Shown here in pieces: positions 55,641 to 64,000 of a stretch of 64,000 nt of DNA (the stretch's first letter is position 1; every line of letters begins with the position of its first letter). The DNA comes from an uncultured Clostridium sp. GTDB taxonomy: Bacteria > Bacillota > Clostridia > TANB77 > CAG-508. Location of the stretch: positions 807 to 64,806 of the forward strand of contig CAMEJH010000003.1 in NCBI GenBank assembly GCA_945919455.1, written 5' to 3'. A program made the position numbers and the translations under genes. The notes under the pieces were generated by a model. The model was not told the origin of the DNA, did not search any database, and saw only the letters and a list, made by a program, of their open reading frames with translations.

Positions 55641-57284
55641 ATGGAAGATACAAAAAAAGAAAAACTAATAATGAAAACAGAAGAAAACACAAAAATATCA
55701 GAATTATTAAAACAACAAATAGAAGATAGTGAATATCCAGTAGTTGGAGCAAAATTTAATAATGAATATAAAAACTTAGATTATCCGTTAGAAGAAAGTG
55801 GAAAAATTGAATTAATAGATTTATCTTCAAAAGAAGGAATGAAAATATATAGGAGAACACTTACATTTATAATGGGAAAAGCATTTTGGAATACATATCC
55901 AAAAGCCCATGTAATAGTTGATTATCAATTGTCTAATGCAATGTACTGTACAATCGAGAATATGGAAGTTACAGAAACAATGATAGAAAAAGTAAAACAA
56001 AAAATGAAAGAAATTATAGATCAAGACTTAAAAATAGAAAAAAGGACAATGACAAGGGAAGAAGCGGAAAAATTTTATAAGAAAACAAATACTCCAAAAG
56101 GAAGATTACAATTTGACTTGAAAGATAATCAAGAAATAAATATGTATTATTGTAAAGACTATTATAATTACATATATGAAACTATAGCAACACATACAGG
56201 AATCACAAAGGTATTTGATTTACAAAAGTATAGTAAAGGATTTTTACTAAGATATCCAAGTAGTAATGACATTAATACATTACCAAAATTCCAAGAAACA
56301 AAAAAATTATTATGGGCATTACAAGAATATGAAACAATATATAAAGTACTTAATGTAGGAACAGTATATAGATTGAACACAGCAGTAAAAGAAAATAGAA
56401 TAAAAGATTTAATATTACTTTCAGAAGCTTTACATGAGAAAAAGATTTCTCAAATAGCAGATAAAATAGCTGAAAGAAAAGGTGTTAAAATAATATTAAT
56501 AGCTGGTCCATCATCTTCAGGAAAAACAACATTTGCTCAAAGATTAGGAATACAATTAAAACTTAATGGACTAAAACCTGTAACAGTTTCAGTGGATAAT
56601 TATTTTGTGGAAAGAGAACAAACTCCAAAAAATGAAAAAGGCGAATATGATTTTGAATGTATAGAAGCTATAGACACAGAACTATTTAATAAACATTTAT
56701 TAGCATTATTAAATGGTGAAGAAGTAGAAATGCCAGAATTTGATTTCCATGAAGGAACTAAAAAATATAATGGAAACAAAATAAAAATGGGAAAAGATGA
56801 TGTTTTAGTTATAGAAGGAATTCACTGTTTGAATGATAAACTAACAGAAAAAATACCTCATGACCAAAAATATAAAATATATATAAGTGCATTAACAGTA
56901 TTAAATATGGATGCATTTAATAGAATTTCAACGACAGATACAAGATTAATAAGAAGAATTGTAAGAGATAATCAATTTAGAGGATATACTGCAAAAGATA
57001 CTATATCTACGTGGGATAATGTAAATAAAGGAGAAGCAAAAAATATTTTTCCATTTCAAGAAGAATCAGATAGTATATTCAATACATCATTAATATATGA
57101 ATTAGGAGCTTTAAAAGAAGAAGCTATGCCACTATTAGAACAAATAACAAATGATCAGCCAGAATATGCAGAAGCAAGAAGGTTGATAGAAATATTAAGA
57201 TATTTTGAACCAATACCAAAAGAATTAGTTCCATCAAATTCTTTATTAAAAGAATTTTTAGGAGGAGGAGACTTTAAAGGGTAA
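55641..57284 (+). CDS. Nucleoside/uridine kinase-family protein with an N-terminal TGS/ThrRS-like domain
   Basis: P-loop ILIAGPSSSGKTTFAQRLG, VIEGIH and RRIVRDNQFRG. The start at 55641 is preferred (RBS gaggagg 8 nt upstream). Confidence 0.7.
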   Translation: MEDTKKEKLIMKTEENTKISELLKQQIEDSEYPVVGAKFNNEYKNLDYPLEESGKIELIDLSSKEGMKIYRRTLTFIMGKAFWNTYPKAHVIVDYQLSNAMYCTIENMEVTETMIEKVKQKMKEIIDQDLKIEKRTMTREEAEKFYKKTNTPKGRLQFDLKDNQEINMYYCKDYYNYIYETIATHTGITKVFDLQKYSKGFLLRYPSSNDINTLPKFQETKKLLWALQEYETIYKVLNVGTVYRLNTAVKENRIKDLILLSEALHEKKISQIADKIAERKGVKIILIAGPSSSGKTTFAQRLGIQLKLNGLKPVTVSVDNYFVEREQTPKNEKGEYDFECIEAIDTELFNKHLLALLNGEEVEMPEFDFHEGTKKYNGNKIKMGKDDVLVIEGIHCLNDKLTEKIPHDQKYKIYISALTVLNMDAFNRISTTDTRLIRRIVRDNQFRGYTAKDTISTWDNVNKGEAKNIFPFQEESDSIFNTSLIYELGALKEEAMPLLEQITNDQPEYAEARRLIEILRYFEPIPKELVPSNSLLKEFLGGGDFKG

Positions 57285-57343
57285 TTTTATCACAGTTTTC
57301 TTTTTTACCTTTGGGCAAATTTATCCCAGGTCTACTTTTTCCC
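57279..57343. repeat. Dispersed CCGG-core-family repeat, tandem pair (inverted orientation, degenerate core)
   Basis: The reverse complement reads gggaaaaagtagaCCTGGgataAATTTGCCC and aggtaaaaaagaaaaCTGTGataAAATTACCC. The first unit overlaps the stop codon of the kinase gene. Confidence 0.55.
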
Positions 57344-57376
57344 TAAAGGGAACATAATATATATAAAGGAGAAAGA

Positions 57377-57691
57377 ATGTTAGAGAAGAGTAAGTTTATC
57401 AGAATAGATGAAGAATTTGTATGTGAAAACTGTGGTAAGAAAGTACCTAAATTAGGATATACTTGTAGAAATCATTGTCCATATTGCTTACATTCTAAGC
57501 ATATGGACATTAACCCAGGAGATAGAGCAGAAAACTGCCATGGCATATTAGAACCAATAGGTCTTGAAACAAATAGTAAAAAAGGCTATGTAATTATATT
57601 TAAATGCAAAAAATGTGGAGCTATTAGAAAGAATAAGGCGGCAGAAGATGATGATATGAATGAATTAATAAAATTAAGTGCAAAACACTAA
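57377..57691 (+). CDS. RNHCP domain-containing zinc-ribbon protein
   Basis: CENCGK...CRNHCPYCLHSKH...CKKCG. RBS aaggag. Confidence 0.7.
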   Translation: MLEKSKFIRIDEEFVCENCGKKVPKLGYTCRNHCPYCLHSKHMDINPGDRAENCHGILEPIGLETNSKKGYVIIFKCKKCGAIRKNKAAEDDDMNELIKLSAKH

Positions 57692-57705
57692 ATATATTTT
57701 AGACA

Positions 57706-57733
57706 AAATAAAAAACGCTTTTCGCGTTTTTTT
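57706..57733. terminator. Bidirectional rho-independent terminator
   Basis: aaaaaacgc-ttttc-gcgttttttt between convergent genes. Confidence 0.8.
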
Positions 57734-57735
57734 AT

Positions 57736-57936
57736 TTATTGTGCTCTTTTTACTTTTCCATTTTTTAAACATTTAGCGCATACATGGATTCTTTTTATTT
57801 CTCCATCAACATCAGCTTTTACTGTTCTTAAATTAGGCTTCCAAGTTCTTGGAGCTCTTTTACTTATATGAGAACGAGTTATACTCAATTTATTTCCATG
57901 AATAGCTGTTTTTTCACAAATTTCACATTTTGCCAT
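57736..57936 (-). CDS. rpmB: 50S ribosomal protein L28
   Basis: MAKCEICEKTAIHGNKLSITRSHISKRAPRTWKPNL. RBS ggaggtg supports the start at 57936. Confidence 0.9.
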   Translation of the reverse strand: MAKCEICEKTAIHGNKLSITRSHISKRAPRTWKPNLRTVKADVDGEIKRIHVCAKCLKNGKVKRAQ

Positions 57937-58075
57937 GATTAAATGCACCTCCCAATTTAAATAATAAATTTGACTAATAACTAGTTTACCACAAATAATA
58001 CAAAATTACAAGTGTTTTCCATAAAAAAAATAAAAATACAAATTTATGATAAATTCAAGTATTTTCAAAAAAGTA

Positions 58076-58103
58076 TTGCAAAATGGAAAAAATATGATAT
58101 AAT
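58076..58103 (+). promoter_or_regulatory. Promoter candidate for tig (TTGCAA-16-TATAAT with TG extension)
   Basis: TTGCAA at 58076-58081 and TATAAT at 58098-58103, preceded by tga. Confidence 0.5.
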
Positions 58104-58140
58104 ATAAAAGCTATAAGCAAGACAAGAAAGGAAGATTATA

Positions 58141-59424
58141 ATGAATTGTAAAGTAGAAAAAACAGAAAACGCAAATGAAGTAAAACTAGAAATCACAATA
58201 GAAGCAGAAAAATTTGAAAATGCAATGAAAAAAGTATATTTTCAAAATGCAAAATATTTTAATATACCAGGATTCAGAAAAGGAAAAGCTCCAATGAATA
58301 TAGTAGAAAAATACTATGGAGCACAAATCTTTTATGAAGATGCATTTAACGAAGTTGCAACAGAAAGTTATGATGAAGCATTAAAAGAAAATAAAATAGA
58401 AGCAGTTAGTAGACCAACAGTAGATATCAAACAAATGGAAAAAGGAAAAGATGTTATATTTACAGCAGTAGTACAAACAAAACCAGAAGTTGAACTAGGA
58501 AAATATAAAGGAATAGACTTAAAAAAAGTTGAGTATACTGTAGAAGATAAAGACATCGAGCATGAATTAGGACATATGCAAGAACATAATTCAAGACTAG
58601 TAAGCATAGACAACAGAGCACTAGAAAATGGAGATATAGCAACAATAGATTTTGAAGGATTTGTAGATGGAGTTGCATTTGACGGTGGAAAAGCAGAAGG
58701 ACATGAATTAGAAATAGGAAGTGGAGCATTTATTCCAGGATTTGAAGACCAATTAGTAGGAATGAATATAGATGAAGAAAAAGAAATAACAGTAACATTC
58801 CCAAAAGAATATTTTTCAAAAGATTTAGCTGGAAAAGAAGCAATGTTCAAAGTTAAATTACATGAAATAAAGAAAAAAGAATTACCAGAACTAGATGACG
58901 AATTTGCAAAAGATGTAAGCGAATTCGATACATTAGAAGAGTTAAAAGCAAGCATTAAAGAAAAATTAGAAAAAGATAATGAACAAAAAGCAAAATATGA
59001 AACTGAAGATGCTGCCATAAAAGCAGTATGTGAAAAAGTAAAAGTAGAAATCCCATCAGGAATGGTAGAGATGGAAGTTGAAAATATGCTAAAAGACTTT
59101 GAACAAAGACTAGCATATCAAGGACTAAAAATGGAACAATACCTAAAAATGATAGGAAAAACAGAAGAAGAAGTTAAAAAAGAATATGAACCACAAGCAA
59201 TCGAAGCTATAAAATCAAGACTTACTTTAGAAGCCATAATAAAAGCAGAAAAAATAGAAGCAACAGAAAAAGAAATAACAGAAAAATTAGAAGAAATGGC
59301 TAAAAACTATGGTAAAAAAGTAGAAGAAATAAGCGATAATGAAAACTTGAAAAAATACATAAAAGAAGGAATAGAATCAGAAAAAGCAATAGATTATATA
59401 GTAAAAAATGCAAAAATAAAATAG
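58141..59424 (+). CDS. tig: Trigger factor
   Basis: Ribosome-binding N-terminus with GFRKGKAP, an FKBP-type PPIase core (DFEGFVDGVAFDGGKAE...IPGFEDQLVGM) and a C-terminal chaperone arm. Its position before clpP-clpX fits. Confidence 0.95.
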   Translation: MNCKVEKTENANEVKLEITIEAEKFENAMKKVYFQNAKYFNIPGFRKGKAPMNIVEKYYGAQIFYEDAFNEVATESYDEALKENKIEAVSRPTVDIKQMEKGKDVIFTAVVQTKPEVELGKYKGIDLKKVEYTVEDKDIEHELGHMQEHNSRLVSIDNRALENGDIATIDFEGFVDGVAFDGGKAEGHELEIGSGAFIPGFEDQLVGMNIDEEKEITVTFPKEYFSKDLAGKEAMFKVKLHEIKKKELPELDDEFAKDVSEFDTLEELKASIKEKLEKDNEQKAKYETEDAAIKAVCEKVKVEIPSGMVEMEVENMLKDFEQRLAYQGLKMEQYLKMIGKTEEEVKKEYEPQAIEAIKSRLTLEAIIKAEKIEATEKEITEKLEEMAKNYGKKVEEISDNENLKKYIKEGIESEKAIDYIVKNAKIK

Positions 59425-59495
59425 TTTAAAGTAAAAGTTAGGGGAAGTTTTGATTATAAAAATTTTTACCTAACTTTTTGACTTAAAAAATATAT

Positions 59496-59558
59496 AAAAA
59501 AGCCCGGCACGAAATTACGATTTTGAAAAAAACGTGAAAAAGTCCGGCACAAAATTAA
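59496..59558. repeat. Dispersed CCGG-core repeat, tandem pair immediately upstream of the clpP RBS
   Basis: aaaaaagcCCGGcacgAAATTAC gattttgaaaaaaacgt gaaaaagtCCGGcacaAAATTAagg. The internal gaaaaaaacgtRaaaaa core is shared with 6836-6855. Confidence 0.65.
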
Positions 59559-59570
59559 GGAGGAAAGAAT

Positions 59571-60176
59571 ATGTTAGAAAGAGCGAGTTTAGTACCATAT
59601 GTAATCGAACAAACAAGTAAAGGAGAAAGGTCTTATGACATTTTTTCTAGATTATTAAAAGATAGAATAATATTTTTAGGAGAAGATGTAAACCCAACTA
59701 CATCAAGTTTGGTAATAGCACAAATGCTATTCTTAGAGTCAGAAGATCCAGATAAAGAAATATATTTTTATATAAATTCACCAGGGGGATCAATAACAGA
59801 CGGAATGGCAATAGTTGATACTATGAACTATATAAAATGTCCAGTATCAACATATTGTGTTGGATTAGCAGCAAGTATGGGAGCTGTATTATTATCAGCA
59901 GGAGAAAAAGGAAAAAGATTTGCAATGCCAAATTCAGAAATATTAATACATCAACCATTAATTGGAGGAAATGGAATTTCAGGTCAAGCAACAGAAGTAA
60001 AAATTCATGCTGATCACTTAGTAAAAACAAGAGAAAAATTAAATAAATTTTTAAGTGAAAGAACAGGAAAACCATTAGAACAAATAGAAAGAGATACAGA
60101 AAGAGATAACTATATGACAGCACAAGAAGCTTTAGAATATGGTTTAATAGATGGAATTATGGATAAAAGAGAATAA
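59571..60176 (+). CDS. clpP: ATP-dependent Clp protease proteolytic subunit
   Basis: [30 protein letters not shown], catalytic [12 protein letters not shown] and TERD. Confidence 0.95.
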   Translation: MLERASLVPYVIEQTSKGERSYDIFSRLLKDRIIFLGEDVNPTTSSLVIAQMLFLESEDPDKEIYFYINSPGGSITDGMAIVDTMNYIKCPVSTYCVGLAASMGAVLLSAGEKGKRFAMPNSEILIHQPLIGGNGISGQATEVKIHADHLVKTREKLNKFLSERTGKPLEQIERDTERDNYMTAQEALEYGLIDGIMDKRE

Positions 60177-60199
60177 AATATAAAAAAGGAGAATTTTAA

Positions 60200-61528
60200 A
60201 TGGCAAAAAATGATACACCTAAAAGTGTAAAATGTTCTTTTTGTGGTAAAACACAAGAAAATGTAAAAAGAATTATAGCTGGACCAGGAGTATATATATG
60301 TAATGAATGTGTAGAACTTTGCAATGAAATAATAGAAAATGAATATTATGAAGGCGATGATGATTCATATACATTATCTGGATTAGATAAAATACCAACT
60401 CCAAAAGAAATAAAAGAGACTTTAGATCAATATGTAATAGGACAAGATGAAGCTAAAAAAACATTAGCTGTATCAGTATATAATCATTATAAAAGAATTG
60501 CAAATGAAGAAGAAATAGAAGAAAAACATGAAAAAAATGATAATGATGTAGAAATACAAAAAAGTAATATATTATTATTAGGACCAACAGGTTGTGGAAA
60601 AACATTATTAGCAAGTACATTAGCAAAAATATTAAATGTACCATTTGCAATAGCTGATGCAACAACACTTACAGAAGCTGGATATGTTGGAGAAGATGTA
60701 GAAAATATACTTTTAAAACTAATCCAAGCAGCTGATGGAGATATAGAAAAAGCAGAAAAGGGAATAATCTATATAGATGAAATAGATAAAATTACAAGAA
60801 AATCAGAAAATCCATCAATAACAAGAGATGTAAGTGGAGAAGGAGTACAACAAGCTTTATTAAAAATAGTAGAAGGAACTATAGCATCAGTACCACCACA
60901 AGGAGGAAGAAAACATCCACAACAAGAACTATTACAAATAGATACAACTAATATCTTATTTATATGTGGAGGAGCTTTTGAAGGATTAGAAAATATTATA
61001 AAAGACAGAATTGGTAAAAAATCAATGGGATTTGGAGCTGAAATACAAAGTAAGAAAGATATAGATAGATACAAAGTATTTGAGCAATTATTACCACAAG
61101 ATTTATTAAAGTTTGGGATGATACCAGAATTTATTGGAAGATTACCTATAATTGCAACATTAAAAGAATTAGATAGAAATGCATTAATAAAAATTACTAC
61201 AGAACCAAAAAATGCTTTAGTAAAACAATATAAAAAGCTATTAGAAATGGATGATGTAGAATTAGAATTTGAACAAGAAGCACTAGAAGCTATAGTAGAT
61301 AAAGCAATAGAAAGAAAAACAGGAGCTAGAGGATTACGTTCAATAATAGAAGAAATAATGAGAGATATAATGTATGACATACCATCAAATGAAAAAATAG
61401 AAAAATGTATTATCACAAAATCTACAGTAAATGAAAATGCAGGACCAAAAATAATAGAAAATCCAAATAAAGTTAAAAAAGTTGCTAAAAAAGAAAGAGT
61501 AGCAGTAGAAGCTAAAGAAACTGCATAA
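60200..61528 (+). CDS. clpX: ATP-dependent Clp protease ATP-binding subunit ClpX
   Basis: Zinc finger CSFCGK...CNEC, Walker [18 protein letters not shown], and the pore loop and sensor motifs (GARGLR). Confidence 0.95.
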   Translation: MAKNDTPKSVKCSFCGKTQENVKRIIAGPGVYICNECVELCNEIIENEYYEGDDDSYTLSGLDKIPTPKEIKETLDQYVIGQDEAKKTLAVSVYNHYKRIANEEEIEEKHEKNDNDVEIQKSNILLLGPTGCGKTLLASTLAKILNVPFAIADATTLTEAGYVGEDVENILLKLIQAADGDIEKAEKGIIYIDEIDKITRKSENPSITRDVSGEGVQQALLKIVEGTIASVPPQGGRKHPQQELLQIDTTNILFICGGAFEGLENIIKDRIGKKSMGFGAEIQSKKDIDRYKVFEQLLPQDLLKFGMIPEFIGRLPIIATLKELDRNALIKITTEPKNALVKQYKKLLEMDDVELEFEQEALEAIVDKAIERKTGARGLRSIIEEIMRDIMYDIPSNEKIEKCIITKSTVNENAGPKIIENPNKVKKVAKKERVAVEAKETA

Positions 61529-61534
61529 TATAAA

Positions 61535-61583
61535 AAAACAAGATTTTATATGAAATAATAATCATATAAGATTTTGTTTTTTT
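61535..61583 (+). terminator. Rho-independent terminator after clpX
   Basis: A long AT-rich stem aaaacaagattttatatga / tcatataagattttgtttt (with G-U pairs), followed by a T-run. Confidence 0.7.
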
Positions 61584-61732
61584 ATTAAAAAATATTGACA
61601 ATATGTAAAAATATGGTAAAATTAATACGTCTATATTTTATTATTTATTTCAATTTTTTAGTCAAGTAATTTTTATTCTGTAATAAGAAATTAAAAAAGT
61701 GTAAAAATATAATTAAGAAAGGTTGTGGTAAA

Positions 61733-61936
61733 ATGAAAACAATTTTGAAAAGAACAATTAGCCTAGGAAACTTTCCAAAAGTAAAAAGTGTAAAAAAAGG
61801 TAAGAGGTGTAAATGTGATTTTTTGAGCCAAAAAGATATCGAAATAATAAAGCAGTCAGAAAGAGAATTTGAAAATGGGGAAGAAATATCTGCTGAAGTT
61901 GTTTTTAAAGAACTAAGGGAGAAATATGGATATTAA
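61733..61936 (+). CDS. Small protein, possible antitoxin of a decayed type II TA pair
   Basis: 67 aa. It overlaps by 11 nt a downstream 45-codon ORF whose N-terminus looks ParE/RelE-like. A TTGACA-16-TAAAAT promoter lies at 61595-61622. Confidence 0.35.
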   Translation: MKTILKRTISLGNFPKVKSVKKGKRCKCDFLSQKDIEIIKQSEREFENGEEISAEVVFKELREKYGY

Positions 61937-62063
61937 TAAATACAAAATAGTTTTTTCTCCCACCAGTAAGAAACAATTTAAGAAAATATATAATTATATT
62001 TCTAATAATTTATTTGAAAAAAAAGAAAGTACGCATAACACATATATTTTACAACAAAAGTGA
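61926..62063 (+). pseudogene. Truncated ParE/RelE-like toxin remnant (45 codons)
   Basis: MDINKYKIVFSPTSKKQFKKIYNYISNNLFEKKEST... resembles the N-terminal third of ParE-family toxins (YxIxFSxxAxKDLxxIxxYI) and then stops early. The ORF is too short to appear in the ORF track. Confidence 0.35.
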
Positions 62064-62188
62064 CTATTTAGAAAAATTATAAAATTAAATCAAAGATTTT
62101 AAATCAAGAAATTTGATTCAAAAAATAAAAAATTCAAACAAAAAACTCTATGTAATTTAATTCACATAGAGTCTTATTTTTTATATAA

Positions 62189-62281
62189 CTATCTATTGTT
62201 ATTTTTTTGATTGTTGTTATTATTATTATTTTCATTATTTTTATTGTTGTTTTTATTTTGTTTATTATTTTTTTCTGACAT
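62189..62281 (-). CDS. 30-codon Asn/Lys-rich micro-ORF with its own RBS and terminator
   Basis: The minus strand reads ggaggtgttcttct ATG: MSEKNNKQNKNNNKNNENNNNNNNQKNNNR*. It is followed by hairpin actctatgtg/cacatagagt plus a T-run (62130-62175 on the minus strand). Confidence 0.4.
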   Translation of the reverse strand: MSEKNNKQNKNNNKNNENNNNNNNQKNNNR

Positions 62282-62408
62282 AGAAGAACACCTCCATTCA
62301 ATTTATATAATTATTTTGACCAAAAACTTCAATAAATATTCAAAAATATTGTCAATTGGGAAAAAAAGATATATAATAAAAAAAATGTTAAAAATGAAAG
62401 GAAAACAA

Positions 62409-63101
62409 ATGGAACAAGAAAACATAGTAATAGGCATAGAAGGAACAGTTGGAGCTGGAAAAACGTCAATATGTAGAAAATTATTAGAAAAAATAGACAA
62501 TTCAATAATAATACATGGGGGAAACATTTATAGAGCAATAGTATATGGAATATTAAGTTCAGAGCTAAAAACAGAAAAAATGGAAAATATTGATGCTTTC
62601 GAAATAATGAAAAAATTAGGAATAGAAATAAAACTAGAAAATAGAGAAACAGTTATATATATGAATGGAAAATTAATAAAAGAAGAAGACTTACAATCAA
62701 AACAAGCATCAATAGCAGTATCATCAATAAGTAATGTAGCCAACAACAAAAAATTATATGAATTTGGCAAAAATTTAATAGAAAGCTTTAGAAAAGACTA
62801 TAATATAATATTATCTTCAAGAGACATAGTAAAAATGTATCCAAATGTTACATATCATTTTTTTATAACGGCATCACTAGAAGAAAGAACAAATAGAAAA
62901 TACTTACAATATAATAAACAAATACCAAAAGAAAAAGTAAAAGAAATGATTTTAAAAAGAGACGAATTACAAGAAAAATCTGGATACTATAAAATATATC
63001 CACAAACAAAAGTCATAGATGTATCAAACTGTAAAAGTGTTGAAGAATCAACAAAAGAAGTACTAAAAAACATAAAGGAGTTATTAAAAAATGAAATTTA
63101 A
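62409..63101 (+). CDS. Cytidylate kinase-like P-loop NMP kinase family protein
   Basis: MEQENIVIGIEGTVGAGKTSICRKL P-loop with GGNIYRA and later SSRD motifs. The track start at 62211 is rejected because that region is antisense to the micro-ORF. Confidence 0.55.
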   Translation: MEQENIVIGIEGTVGAGKTSICRKLLEKIDNSIIIHGGNIYRAIVYGILSSELKTEKMENIDAFEIMKKLGIEIKLENRETVIYMNGKLIKEEDLQSKQASIAVSSISNVANNKKLYEFGKNLIESFRKDYNIILSSRDIVKMYPNVTYHFFITASLEERTNRKYLQYNKQIPKEKVKEMILKRDELQEKSGYYKIYPQTKVIDVSNCKSVEESTKEVLKNIKELLKNEI

Positions 63102-64000
63102 AAATGATCAATTAGAAAAATTTGAAAGAGAGCTAAAAAATAAAAAGGTAGCCGTTATAGGACTAGGAGTAAGCAATATTCCTCTTATCGAATATTTATA
63201 CCAAAAACAAGCAAAAGTTACAATATTTGATAATAGGGAAGAGGAAAAAATAGACCAAAGTATAATAAATGAGATAAAAAAATATAAATTTAAATATTAT
63301 TTAGGAGAAGATAGTTTATCAAACTTAAAAGGATTTGACTTAATATTTAGATCACCAAGTTGTTTACCTACAAAGCCAGAGTTATTAGCAGAAAAACAAA
63401 GGGGAGCAATAGTTACAACAGAAATTGAGCAACTGATAAAAATGGCTCCATGTAAAGTAATTGGTATCACAGGAAGTGATGGAAAAACAACAACAACAAC
63501 ATTAACATATGAAGTGTTAAAAAATGCAGGATATAAATGTTATTTAGGGGGAAATATTGGAATACCACTATTTACTAGACTAAATGAGATAGAGCCAGAA
63601 GATATAATTGTACTAGAACTTAGTAGTTTTCAATTAATGGAAATGGAAGTTAGCCCTCAAATAGCTGCAATAACCAATATAACACCAAATCATTTAAATG
63701 TACATAAAGATTATCAAGAATATATAGATGCTAAAAAGAACATATTTACACATCAAGATGAAAATGGAATATTAGTATTAAATGCAGACAATGAAATAAC
63801 TAATGGCTGTAAATCAGAGGCAAATGGAAAAGTAATATTATTTAGTAGTAGTCAAAAATTAGAAAATGGATATATAGTAGATGATGGTATAATAAAAGAA
63901 TGTAATAATGGAATAAGAAGACATATAATTTCTGCAAAAGACATAAAATTAAAAGGAATACATAACTATCAGAATATATGCACAACTTTGGCATTAACAA
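63091..64000 (+). CDS. murD: UDP-N-acetylmuramoylalanine--D-glutamate ligase, 3'-truncated by the window edge
   Basis: My own translation from the ATG at 63091: MKFKNDQLEKFERELKNKKVAVIGLGVSNIPLI..., GITGSDGKTTTTT P-loop, ELSSFQL and NITPNHLNVH. RBS aaggag. The frame is open to the end of the window. Confidence 0.85.
   Translation, partial: MKFKNDQLEKFERELKNKKVAVIGLGVSNIPLIEYLYQKQAKVTIFDNREEEKIDQSIINEIKKYKFKYYLGEDSLSNLKGFDLIFRSPSCLPTKPELLAEKQRGAIVTTEIEQLIKMAPCKVIGITGSDGKTTTTTLTYEVLKNAGYKCYLGGNIGIPLFTRLNEIEPEDIIVLELSSFQLMEMEVSPQIAAITNITPNHLNVHKDYQEYIDAKKNIFTHQDENGILVLNADNEITNGCKSEANGKVILFSSSQKLENGYIVDDGIIKECNNGIRRHIISAKDIKLKGIHNYQNICTTLALT

Noticed and set aside
58368-59018. Long Ser/Phe/Leu/Ile-rich antisense ORFs. 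Examples: 58368-59018 opposite tig, 60769-61416 opposite clpX, 50598-51056 opposite spoIVB, 8461-8910 opposite the GT2 gene, 1333-1665 opposite ylbJ, 11389-11788 and 12516-12912.
   Set aside because: They show the typical shadow-ORF composition opposite purine-rich, AT-biased coding strands. They lack RBSs, and the sense-strand genes are unambiguous.
59425-59570. Search for a CtsR operator (GGTCAAA direct repeat) or a clear sigma-A promoter upstream of clpP
   Set aside because: Neither was found by eye. Only the CCGG-core repeats and a long-loop hairpin after tig are present.
62211-62408. Leu/Phe-rich N-terminal extension (MLLLLLFSLFLLLFLF...) of the kinase-like ORF
   Set aside because: It is the antisense reading of the Asn/Lys micro-ORF and its promoter region. 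The P-loop protein has a plausible ATG with an RBS at 62409.

Overview
This window is very AT-rich. Hand counts on sample stretches give about 25% GC. It looks like chromosome from a spore-forming Firmicute (Clostridia-like), because it carries ylbJ, spoVT, spoIVB, alpha/beta-type and H-type SASPs, tmRNA and a T-box leader. All product calls come from motif recognition by eye; no database search was possible.

Layout:
- 0-11 kb: housekeeping genes (NodB deacetylase, ylbJ, tRNA-Gln, ychF, an LPXTG protein, T-box-thrS, a PNAG-like deacetylase/GT2 pair, feoB).
- 11-17.4 kb: a poorly characterised patch. It contains one gene with sharply higher GC (13333-14289) and a frameshifted M14 cell-wall peptidase.
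- 17.5-22.6 kb: ssrA, spoVT, mutS2, hpf and a VanZ-family gene.
- 22.7-36.7 kb: a Wzx/Wzy-type surface-polysaccharide locus with a glycerol-phosphate branch (tagD plus a TagF-like gene). A sortase and its candidate substrate are embedded in it. It ends with Wzz, a BY-kinase and a PHP phosphatase.
- 38.2-48.8 kb: the most unusual content. This is a one-strand operon resembling a Tad/type IVc filament machine: a CpaB-like protein, two degenerate ParA/MinD-like proteins, a membrane-anchored CpaF/VirB11-type ATPase and a large TadB/C-like platform protein. They are followed by six small N-terminally hydrophobic pilin-like proteins. Five of these start directly with ME[ND]xT and have no leader peptide. 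No prepilin peptidase is visible in the locus.
- 48.8-50.6 kb: a 597-aa polytopic membrane protein.
- 50.6-64 kb: spoIVB, two identical tRNA-Gly genes, rpsF-ssb-rpsR, tig-clpP-clpX, a decayed toxin-antitoxin remnant and the 5' part of murD.

A short dispersed intergenic repeat built around a CCGG core occurs as tandem pairs at five loci. I saw no CRISPR array, rRNA gene, transposase or integrase.
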